Below are positions 9,832-16,743 of a DNA stretch of 64,000 nucleotides, in pieces. Each line of letters begins with the position of its first letter. Positions within the stretch are counted from its first letter, which is position 1. The stretch is taken from assembly GCA_004556755.1 (NCBI GenBank), contig SFFW01000006.1, forward strand, positions 66,283 to 130,282. Reading direction: 5' to 3'. The position numbers were made by a program, and so were the translations under genes. Source of the stretch: Clostridiales bacterium. Lineage in GTDB: Bacteria; Bacillota; Clostridia; Oscillospirales; Oscillospiraceae. The notes beneath the pieces were generated by a model, which made no database searches, had not been told where the DNA came from, and saw only the letters and a program-made list of their open reading frames with translations.

Positions 9832-10947
9832 ATGAGCGAGAATACTGAAGGAACGGCTTTGGCCGAAAAGGAAAAAAAGACGGCGTCGCCCGACGAGATG
9901 CTTTCGCAGCTTCTGGAAAGCGCCAAAAAGAGCGGCAGAGTTGCGGCAAAGGACATCGCCGCCGCCGAGGAAGCGGGTGCGCCCGCCGAGGCGCTGGCAC
10001 GCTTCTATGATGCGATCGACGCCGCAGGCATCGAGATCGACATCGGCGCCGAGGATCTGCTGCCGCCCGTCGAGGACGACGGCGCCGACCTCTCCGCCGA
10101 GATTGAGGACACCGACGCTTACACCGCCGACTCGATGCGTATGTACCTGCGTGACATCGGCAAGGTGCCGCTGCTCACGGCGGAGGAGGAGCTTGCCGCC
10201 GCCGAGAAAATGAGTCAGGGCGACGAGGAGGCGCGCAGACTGATGACGGAGGCAAATCTGCGCCTCGTCGTCTCCATCGCAAAGCGCTACGTCGGCAGGG
10301 GAATGTCGCTGCCCGACCTCATTCAGGAGGGCAACCTCGGTCTTATAAAGGCGGTCGAGAAGTTCGACTACACCAAGGGCTACAAGTTCTCGACCTATGC
10401 GACCTGGTGGATACGCCAGTCCATAACCCGTGCGATAGCCGATCAGGGACGCACGATCAGAATCCCGGTACATATGGCGGAGACGATAAACCGTGTCATA
10501 CGCTGCTCACGTCAGCTTCTTCAGGAGCTGGGGCGTGAGCCGACGCCGGAGGAGATAGCCAAGGAGCTCGATATGCCCGCCGAGAAGGTGCGCTACACGC
10601 TGAAGATAGCGCAGGAGCCGGTGTCGCTCGAAACGCCCATCGGCGAGGAGGAGGACTCCCACCTCGGCGATTTCATCCCCGACGAGGACGCATCGGAGCC
10701 GATGGAGGCCGCAAGCCTCGCACTTTTGAGAGAGCAGCTTTCCGAGGTTTTAGATACGCTCACGCCCAGAGAGCGCAAGGTCTTGGAGCTGCGCTTCGGC
10801 ATGGACGACGGACGCTGCCGCACCCTTGAGGAGGTCGGCAAGGAGTTTGACGTCACCCGTGAGCGCATCCGTCAGATCGAGGCGAAGGCGCTGCGCAAGC
10901 TGCGTCACCCCAGCCGCAGCAAGAAGCTCCGTGATTTTCTGAATTAA
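9832..10947 (+). CDS. RNA polymerase primary-type sigma-70 factor, copy 2 (tandem paralog)
   Basis: Full-length paralog of the preceding gene with the same region 2.4 and 4.2 sequences. ATG 9832 is preceded by GGAGGAAG, 20 nt after the copy 1 stop. Confidence 0.9.
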   Translation: MSENTEGTALAEKEKKTASPDEMLSQLLESAKKSGRVAAKDIAAAEEAGAPAEALARFYDAIDAAGIEIDIGAEDLLPPVEDDGADLSAEIEDTDAYTADSMRMYLRDIGKVPLLTAEEELAAAEKMSQGDEEARRLMTEANLRLVVSIAKRYVGRGMSLPDLIQEGNLGLIKAVEKFDYTKGYKFSTYATWWIRQSITRAIADQGRTIRIPVHMAETINRVIRCSRQLLQELGREPTPEEIAKELDMPAEKVRYTLKIAQEPVSLETPIGEEEDSHLGDFIPDEDASEPMEAASLALLREQLSEVLDTLTPRERKVLELRFGMDDGRCRTLEEVGKEFDVTRERIRQIEAKALRKLRHPSRSKKLRDFLN

Positions 10948-10960
10948 CAACAAAAAAGAC

Positions 10961-11010
10961 TTGATAAGTAAACGACCGTTCACTATAATGCGTGGTGAAC
11001 GGTCGTTTAC
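10961..11010 (+). promoter_or_regulatory. consensus promoter embedded in a 16-bp perfect inverted repeat (probable TetR operator)
   Basis: TTGATA (10961-66), 17 nt, TATAAT (10984-89). Arms GTAAACGACCGTTCAC (10968-83) and GTGAACGGTCGTTTAC (10995-11010) flank the -10 box. Confidence 0.75.
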
Positions 11011-11024
11011 TATGGAGGTACCCC

Positions 11025-11639
11025 ATGACGGATACAAAGGAACGGATATTGGAAAGCGCCCTGCGCCTGTTTGCAAGGGACGGCTACGAGGCGGTCTCGG
11101 TGAGCATGATCGCCGGGGAGCTTGGCATGACGAAGGCTGCGCTTTATAAGCACTACAAAAGCAAGCGGGACATTTTCGACAGCATCGTCGAGAGAATGTA
11201 CCGCACGGACGCCGAGCGCTCACGGCAGTTCGGCGTGCCGGAGGAGAGCTTTGACACGCTGCCTAAGAGCTACTGCGGCGTGTCGTGGGAGAGCCTTGCG
11301 GCGTTCACGCTGGCGCAGTACGATTTTTGGACGCAGGACGCTTTTGCGTCAAACTTCCGCAGGATGCTGACGCTGGAGCAGTACCGCAGCGAGGAGATGG
11401 CAAGGCTCTACCGCAGCTGTCTCGTCGAGGGTCCCGTGGAGTACACGGAGAGCATTTTTGCGGAAATGGCGGCAAAGGGGCGGCTTTGCGGCGGCGAGCC
11501 GAGACAGCTTGCGCTTGAGTTTTATGCGCCGATGCTTCTGCTGATAAGCGTTTCTGACCTTACGGGCGAGAGCCAAAGGGACGCCCTGCGGCGGCACGTC
11601 GAGAGCTTTGTGCGGCGCTGCTCGCCGACGGAAAATTAA
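11025..11639 (+). CDS. TetR/AcrR-family transcriptional regulator
   Basis: N-terminal HTH ERILESALRLFARDGYEAVSVSMIAGELGMTKAALYKHY. ATG 11025 follows GGAGG. Confidence 0.85.
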   Translation: MTDTKERILESALRLFARDGYEAVSVSMIAGELGMTKAALYKHYKSKRDIFDSIVERMYRTDAERSRQFGVPEESFDTLPKSYCGVSWESLAAFTLAQYDFWTQDAFASNFRRMLTLEQYRSEEMARLYRSCLVEGPVEYTESIFAEMAAKGRLCGGEPRQLALEFYAPMLLLISVSDLTGESQRDALRRHVESFVRRCSPTEN

Positions 11640-11650
11640 AGGAGCAACAA

Positions 11651-12367
11651 ATGGAATATGTAAAAAGTAAAAAGTACGACACCGAGGAGCTGCAAAGCAT
11701 GATAATGGGACCGAATCCCGTGAAGCTTTGCGAGGAGCTGCTGATCGGAAATCAAATACCCGAAAATGCGGTCGTGTGCGACCTCGGCAGCGGCAGCGGG
11801 CTTACGAGCGTGTTTCTTGCAAAGGAGTACGGCTTTGTCGTGTACGCAGCGGACCTGTGGAGCGACCCCGTTGAGAACAGGCGCTTTTTCGACCGCATGG
11901 GTCTTGACCGCAGCCGCATAATTCCGATCAAGGCGGATGCGACCGATCTGCCGTTTGAAAAGGAGTTTTTCGATGCGGTTGTCAGCACGGATTCCTACAA
12001 CTACTTCGGTCGTGACGAACGCTACCTCGACGACAAGCTGCTGCCCTTCGTAAAGCCGGGCGGGTATATCTGCATTGCGATCCCCGGCATGAAAAAGGAC
12101 TGTCACGACGCCCTGCCGCCGGAGCTGCTGCTTTCGTGGACGCCGGAGCAGCTTGAGTATATGCACGATCTGAGCTACTGGACGGCGCTGGTGAAAAAGT
12201 GCGTCGGCGCCGAGCTTGTGTGTGCAAAGGAGATGGAGAGCAACTCCGAGGTGTGGGCGGACTGGCTAAAGCAGGACAACGAGTACGCAGTCGGCGACCG
12301 CAAGTCGATGGAAGCCGGCGGCGGGAAGTATCTCAATTTCATCTCGATAGTGCTGAGAAAGAAGTAA
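11651..12367 (+). CDS. class I SAM-dependent methyltransferase
   Basis: Motif I VCDLGSGSGL. 238 aa. 11 nt after the TetR stop, so probably the TetR-controlled partner. Confidence 0.75.
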   Translation: MEYVKSKKYDTEELQSMIMGPNPVKLCEELLIGNQIPENAVVCDLGSGSGLTSVFLAKEYGFVVYAADLWSDPVENRRFFDRMGLDRSRIIPIKADATDLPFEKEFFDAVVSTDSYNYFGRDERYLDDKLLPFVKPGGYICIAIPGMKKDCHDALPPELLLSWTPEQLEYMHDLSYWTALVKKCVGAELVCAKEMESNSEVWADWLKQDNEYAVGDRKSMEAGGGKYLNFISIVLRKK

Positions 12368-12373
12368 AATGAA

Positions 12374-12415
12374 GATCCCGTCCGACCTCCGACAGGAGGC
12401 GGGACGGGATCTTTT
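12374..12415 (+). terminator. rho-independent terminator
   Basis: GATCCCGTCC..CCTCC GACA GGAGG..GGACGGGATC followed by TTTT. Confidence 0.8.
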
Positions 12416-12486
12416 GCGCCCCTTTGCACCAAATCCGCAAAACCGTTTAGAGTGGAGTGAGGAGGGGACGGAATGGAGCTTGGAAT

Positions 12487-12591
12487 AGCGACGGAGCGGG
12501 TGAGAGGGGATTTTGCGCTTTACGAAAAAATCGTCGCAAGCTGAGCGAAGCTTGCGACGACGTGGTGCTCCAGCGGAGATTCGAACTCCGG
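12487..12591 (-). repeat. direct repeat copy A: orphan tRNA-Lys 3' end (29 nt, 12563-12591) plus terminator and flank
   Basis: Aligns with 12822-12927. The final 81 nt are identical by hand alignment. Homology stops inside the T-stem. Confidence 0.85.
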
Positions 12592-12821
12592 CTTTTGCCG
12601 CACTTCGTGCGGAAAAGCGAGAGAGATTTAAAGCCCGTCGGCTCGCTGCAGACGCAGCAACCGCCGACGACGGCAAGTGTCCGGAGTTCTTGATAAAGCA
12701 ATTTAATAACACTTCTTCACTTTTCACTATTACCTATTAACTGAAAACAGACAATCACTGACCGTCTGAAGGGCAAAACCAAATCGAAGCCCAACGAAGT
12801 GGGTTCGATTTGGAAAGGAGG

Positions 12822-12927
12822 AGCAGCGGAGCGGGTAAGAGGCGATTTTTGCGCTTTACGAAAAAATCGTCGCAAGCTGAGCGAAGCTTGCGACGACGTG
12901 GTGCTCCAGCGGAGATTCGAACTCCGG
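12822..12927 (-). repeat. direct repeat copy B (3' end of the intact tRNA-Lys plus terminator and flank)
   Basis: Partner of 12487-12591. Confidence 0.85.
12855..12896 (-). terminator. rho-independent terminator of the tRNA operon
   Basis: Minus strand: TCGTCGCAAGCTTCGCTCAGCTTGCGACGA followed by TTTTTT. An identical copy follows the orphan tRNA fragment (about 12519-12560). Confidence 0.85.
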
Positions 12928-12974
12928 ACACCCTGCTTAAAAGGCAGGTGCTCTGCCTACTGAGCTACTGGGGC
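12899..12974 (-). tRNA. tRNA-Lys (anticodon UUU)
   Basis: Cloverleaf by hand: D arm GCTCAGTAGGCAGAGC, anticodon loop CTTTTAA, T arm CGGAGTTCGAATCTCCG, encoded CCA. Acceptor pair 3:70 reads C-A. Confidence 0.85.
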
Positions 12975-12984
12975 ATATATGTTT

Positions 12985-13058
12985 TGGCTGGGATGGCGGG
13001 ACTCGAACCCACTATATCAGAGTCAAAGTCTGAGGTGTTACCATTACACTACATCCCA
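12985..13058 (-). tRNA. tRNA-Gln (anticodon UUG)
   Basis: U1-A72 acceptor TGGGATG/CATCCCA, anticodon loop CTTTGAC, T loop TTCGAGT, encoded CCA. Confidence 0.85.
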
Positions 13059-13103
13059 CCATCTTAGTTAGTAGAGGCCGGACCTAAATCCGGCCTCTTT
13101 ATA

Positions 13104-13181
<78 letters not shown>

Positions 13182-13193
13182 ATAATTTTTAAT

Positions 13194-13270
13194 TGGCACG
13201 CCAAGAGGGATTCGAACCCCCGACCTACTGCTTAGAAGGCAGTTGCTCTATCCTGCTGAGCTATTGGCGC
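13194..13270 (-). tRNA. tRNA-Arg (anticodon UCU)
   Basis: Anticodon stem-loop ACTGC CTTCTAA GCAGT, T loop TTCGAAT, encoded CCA. Position 1:72 reads G-U. Confidence 0.85.
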
Positions 13271-13299
13271 ATATTCAAACCGACCTGCCCAAAAGGATT

Positions 13300-13373
13300 T
13301 GGAGCGGGCGATGGGAATCGAACCCACGTATCCAGCTTGGAAGGCTGGTGTTCTACCATTGAACTACGCCCGC
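13300..13373 (-). tRNA. tRNA-Gly (anticodon UCC)
   Basis: GCGGGCG acceptor, anticodon loop CTTCCAA, T loop TTCGATT, encoded CCA. Confidence 0.9.
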
Positions 13374-13401
13374 ACGGGCGCTCCCTATGTTCAGCTTTAA
13401 G

Positions 13402-13430
13402 ATAATACCAGTTTCAAAGCCGATTGTCAA
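13402..13430 (-). promoter_or_regulatory. promoter of the tRNA operon
   Basis: Minus strand: TTGACA (13425-30), 17 nt, TATTAT (13402-07), about 28 nt upstream of tRNA-Gly. Confidence 0.75.
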
Positions 13431-13533
13431 TATTTTTGCCCGATTTTTTTCGTTTTGCCGCTCCGATTTGTAAATTTTCCTTTAATGACGCAGCTTTCGT
13501 CTGCCTTCGTCCGCATTACTTATAATATATCGC

Positions 13534-13562
13534 TTGAAAAATACTGTCCCGTGCTATATAAT
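13534..13562 (+). promoter_or_regulatory. consensus sigma-A promoter
   Basis: TTGAAA, 17 nt, TATAAT, about 37 nt before the ATG at 13599. Confidence 0.7.
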
Positions 13563-13598
13563 TTCCCTGTATTTTTTTCATCGGAGGCTATATTTTTT

Positions 13599-13916
13599 AT
13601 GGTTGAAATTACTTTTAAGGTCGGAGATATCGACTACGATAAAACCATCGACAAATTCTTGCCGGATATAATGAAGATCCTCCAGGAGGGCGAGGGTACC
13701 AATATAATTGTACGCAAGGCCGTTTCCGCAAAGCCTGAGCTTGCAATGAAGCTCATTAAGGGCGTCGTTTCTGCGATGAGCCAGTCCCAGAAGGATGCGC
13801 TCACCGTCAAATTCCTCAACATGAAGGCGGCCGACATTTGCAGAAAGCTCAACCAGTACACCTCGACGTCGGGTCTCGACCTCGTGCTGACCGACGCCGT
13901 GGCATTCAAAAAGTAA
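13599..13916 (+). CDS. hypothetical small protein (105 aa)
   Basis: ATG 13599 is preceded by GGAGG. The track ORF starts upstream at 13455 and would run across the promoter. No family recognised. Confidence 0.6.
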   Translation: MVEITFKVGDIDYDKTIDKFLPDIMKILQEGEGTNIIVRKAVSAKPELAMKLIKGVVSAMSQSQKDALTVKFLNMKAADICRKLNQYTSTSGLDLVLTDAVAFKK

Positions 13917-13935
13917 ATTCAAAGGAGGAACGACC

Positions 13936-15735
13936 ATGAGCAAGCCCATACTGAAGCGCAGCGAGGTCGCCGAAAAGGACACCTGGAACCTCGGCGATAT
14001 TTTTGCAAGCGACGAGCTTTGGCGCAGTGAATACGAAAACCTAAAAGCCGCCCCCGAAAGCATCCTCAAGTACAGGGGCAGACTCGGCGAAAGCGCCGGG
14101 CTGCTGCTCGGCTACTTCCGCCTGTGCGACGAGATCTCCGTCCGCCTCGGCAAGCTGTACGGCTACGCAAGCTGCAAGGGCGACGAGGACACCGGCAACA
14201 GCTTCTATCAGGATATGCGCAGCAAGGCGATGAGCGTGTACGTTTCGATCGACAGCGCAAACGCATTTGCCGCACCTGAGATCATGAGCATCTCCGACGA
14301 GACCCTCGACAAGTTCTACGCCGAGTGTCCCGATCTTGAGACCTATCGCCGCAGCATCTATCAGATGCGCCGCAGAAAGGAACACATTCTGTCCCCCGAA
14401 TGCGAGACGCTGCTTGCCTCCGCAGGCGAGATGGCGGATTCGCCGGACAGCATCGGCAGCGTTTTCAGAAACGCAGACCTCAAGTTCCCCGACGTTGTGG
14501 ACGCAGACGGCGTGGCGCACCCGCTGACCGGCGGCAGCTTTGTTCCGCTGCTCGAAAGCTCCGACGTGAACCTTCGCAAAAAGACCTTCGAGACCTATTA
14601 CGATCGCCTCGGCGAGTTTAAAAACACCATCGCCGCAACGCTTGACGCTCAGTTTAAGCAGCTGAGATTCTTCGCCGGAGCGAGGAAGTATTCCTCCACT
14701 CTGGAGGCGGCGCTCGATGCGACCGAGGTCCCCGTGAGCGTTTACATGAACCTCATCGAAGCAGTCCACGCCAACATGGACAAGATGTACCGCTACGTTG
14801 CCCTGCGCAAGAAGCTGCTCGGCGTCTCCGAGCTTCATATGTACGACGTGTACACGCCCATCGTGTCCGACGCCGCAACGGAGATAAGCTTCGAGCAGGC
14901 GAAGGAGACCGTGCTTGAGGCGCTTGCAGTCCTCGGCGACGACTATGTTGCAATGCTCAAGGAGGGCTTTGAAAACCGTTGGATCGACGTTTACGAGAAC
15001 GTCGGCAAGCGTGGCGGAGCCTACTCCTCCGGTGCCGCACGTCCGCACCCCTATGTCCTGCTCAACCACAAGGACAACCTCGACTGCCAGTTCACCCTTG
15101 CGCACGAGATGGGTCATGCTCTGCACAGCTACCTCAGCTGCCGCAACCAGCCCATATCCACCTCCGACTATGTGATATTTGTCGCCGAGGTCGCCTCCAC
15201 CTGCAATGAGGTGCTGCTCATGCGCCACCTCCTCGGCAAAACGCAGGACAAGAAGGAGCGTGCGTATCTCATAAACCACTTCCTTGACCAGTTCAAGGGA
15301 ACGGTCTACCGCCAGACGATGTTTGCGGAGTTTGAGCTTGAGATGGGCAGAATGAGCGAGGCGGGCGAGTCCCTCACCGCCGACGCACTGTGCGCAAAGT
15401 ACCTTGAGCTCAACAAGCTGTACTTCGGACCCGACATGGTGTCCGACGACGGCATAGCGCTTGAGTGGGCGAGAATACCGCACTTCTTCTACAACTACTA
15501 TGTGTTCCAGTATGCGACCGGCTTCTCCGCCGCAGTTGCGATAGCGAACCGCATACTCAAGGAGGGCGAGAGCGCCGTCAAGGATTACAAGCGCTTCCTC
15601 TCCGGCGGATGCAGCACCGATCCCATTTCGCTGCTGAAGATAGCAGGCGTTGACATGAGCACGCCGCAGCCCGTGAACGAGGCGCTGTCCCTCTTCGGTG
15701 AGCTGATCGACGAGATGGAAGAGCTGATGAAGTAA
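13936..15735 (+). CDS. pepF: oligoendopeptidase F (M3B)
   Basis: 599 aa. Zinc motif LAHEMGHALH. Typical PepF length. Confidence 0.9.
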   Translation: MSKPILKRSEVAEKDTWNLGDIFASDELWRSEYENLKAAPESILKYRGRLGESAGLLLGYFRLCDEISVRLGKLYGYASCKGDEDTGNSFYQDMRSKAMSVYVSIDSANAFAAPEIMSISDETLDKFYAECPDLETYRRSIYQMRRRKEHILSPECETLLASAGEMADSPDSIGSVFRNADLKFPDVVDADGVAHPLTGGSFVPLLESSDVNLRKKTFETYYDRLGEFKNTIAATLDAQFKQLRFFAGARKYSSTLEAALDATEVPVSVYMNLIEAVHANMDKMYRYVALRKKLLGVSELHMYDVYTPIVSDAATEISFEQAKETVLEALAVLGDDYVAMLKEGFENRWIDVYENVGKRGGAYSSGAARPHPYVLLNHKDNLDCQFTLAHEMGHALHSYLSCRNQPISTSDYVIFVAEVASTCNEVLLMRHLLGKTQDKKERAYLINHFLDQFKGTVYRQTMFAEFELEMGRMSEAGESLTADALCAKYLELNKLYFGPDMVSDDGIALEWARIPHFFYNYYVFQYATGFSAAVAIANRILKEGESAVKDYKRFLSGGCSTDPISLLKIAGVDMSTPQPVNEALSLFGELIDEMEELMK

Positions 15736-15744
15736 AAATATTAA

Positions 15745-15775
15745 AATCACCGTATCGGCAGATACGGTGATTTTT
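15745..15775 (+). terminator. rho-independent terminator
   Basis: AATCACCGTATC GGCA GATACGGTGATT followed by TTT. Confidence 0.8.
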
Positions 15776-15837
15776 AATCAGACGGCGGATAAGCGGCACA
15801 CTTAATGTCTTTTGCCAGTGCGAACTGACCGCCAATC

Positions 15838-15894
15838 TCATGCCTCTACACTTCCGAGGGAGGCGTCAAAATCGTCAGATTTTGACGGAGGGTG
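15838..15894 (+). repeat. half copy of dispersed palindromic element
   Basis: TCATGCCTCTACACTTCCGAGGGAG, then hairpin GTCAAAATC GTCA GATTTTGAC, then GGAGGG. Confidence 0.8.
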
Positions 15895-15903
15895 TGCTTA
15901 TAT

Positions 15904-16659
15904 TCAGGAGAAGGTGCGGCTGAGGTCACGCTTGTGCTGACTTTTTGCGTGCATCCTGCCGATCTTCTCAAGCGCTTCCTCGGACACCTCGCCGTGCAGC
16001 AGATAGGTGTCAAGCTCGCTGTACTTTATGCCGCCCTCGACGGTCTCGTTGTCGTACTTCACGGTCGAGGGAGCCTTGTTCACGATGAAGTCGGGCGCCT
16101 TGAGAAATGCGAGAAACTCGTAGATCTCGGTTGCGGTGAGGTCGGATATGGGGTTAAAGTCGTATGCGCCGTCGCCCCACTTCGTAAAGAAGCCGAGGAA
16201 GCGCTCGCTGCGGTTGCCGGTCCCGGCGACTATGCGCTTTTCGGAGCCTGCGATGGCGTACAGCGTGGTCATGCGAAGCCTCGGCGCAACGTGCGCTTCG
16301 GCGACCTCGCTCAGCTCGACGACGTTTTTGAGCGCTCTCAGCTCGGACGCCTTGACCTCGGTTATATCGACGTACCTCGTTTCGATGCCGTAGGCTTCGG
16401 CGAGGGCGTATGCGTCCTTGGTGTTCTGCTCGAAGGACTGGTCTGCGCTGGGCATAATGACGCCAACGGTGTCGTCGCAGGCGGCCTTGCACAGTATTCC
16501 AACGAGTGCGGAATCCTTGCCGCCGGAGTTACCGTAGACAATGCCCTTTGCGGTGCTTCGAGAGAGCATGTCCTTTATAAACCACACACGGTTGCGGAAC
16601 TCCTCCGCATAGTCTCGCTTGGAAAGCGCCGTGTCCTTTTTGTTTTGCATATCGTTCAT
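15904..16659 (-). CDS. nadE: ammonia-dependent NAD+ synthetase
   Basis: PP-loop SGGKDSALV. 251 aa. Confidence 0.85.
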   Translation of the reverse strand: MNDMQNKKDTALSKRDYAEEFRNRVWFIKDMLSRSTAKGIVYGNSGGKDSALVGILCKAACDDTVGVIMPSADQSFEQNTKDAYALAEAYGIETRYVDITEVKASELRALKNVVELSEVAEAHVAPRLRMTTLYAIAGSEKRIVAGTGNRSERFLGFFTKWGDGAYDFNPISDLTATEIYEFLAFLKAPDFIVNKAPSTVKYDNETVEGGIKYSELDTYLLHGEVSEEALEKIGRMHAKSQHKRDLSRTFS

Positions 16660-16685
16660 GTTGTGCCACCTCCGGGATAGACAGC

Positions 16686-16714
16686 ATTATACTAAGCTTT
16701 TCGGACAATATCAA
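16686..16714 (-). promoter_or_regulatory. consensus promoter for nadE
   Basis: Minus strand: TTGATA (16709-14), 17 nt, TATAAT (16686-91). Confidence 0.7.
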
Positions 16715-16743
16715 GAGTTAAGACAGCATAAAGAACAATGATT

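Noticed and set aside
12563-12690. Possible unusual tRNA (long variable arm, CUUUAAA loop that would give a UUA stop-reading anticodon) or tmRNA ending in the orphan tRNA-Lys 3' segment
   Set aside because: I could not build a D arm, a 5-bp anticodon stem or a matching 5' acceptor strand. The 3' end lacks the G3-U70/alanine-type acceptor of tmRNA and there is no tag-peptide frame. A 3'-end fragment is the better explanation.
12513-13067. Two ORFs (12513-12740 and 12810-13067) sharing the peptide RFTKKSSQAERSLRRRGAPAEIRTP
   Set aside because: The shared peptide is just the translation of the duplicated terminator plus tRNA-Lys 3' end. The second ORF runs through two tRNA genes.
14041-15750. 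569-aa minus-strand ORF covering the whole of pepF
   Set aside because: Antisense shadow frame typical of GC-rich DNA. Composition is dominated by A/G/L/V/R/H, there are no recognisable motifs and no RBS, and the plus-strand PepF call (HEMGH) is unambiguous.
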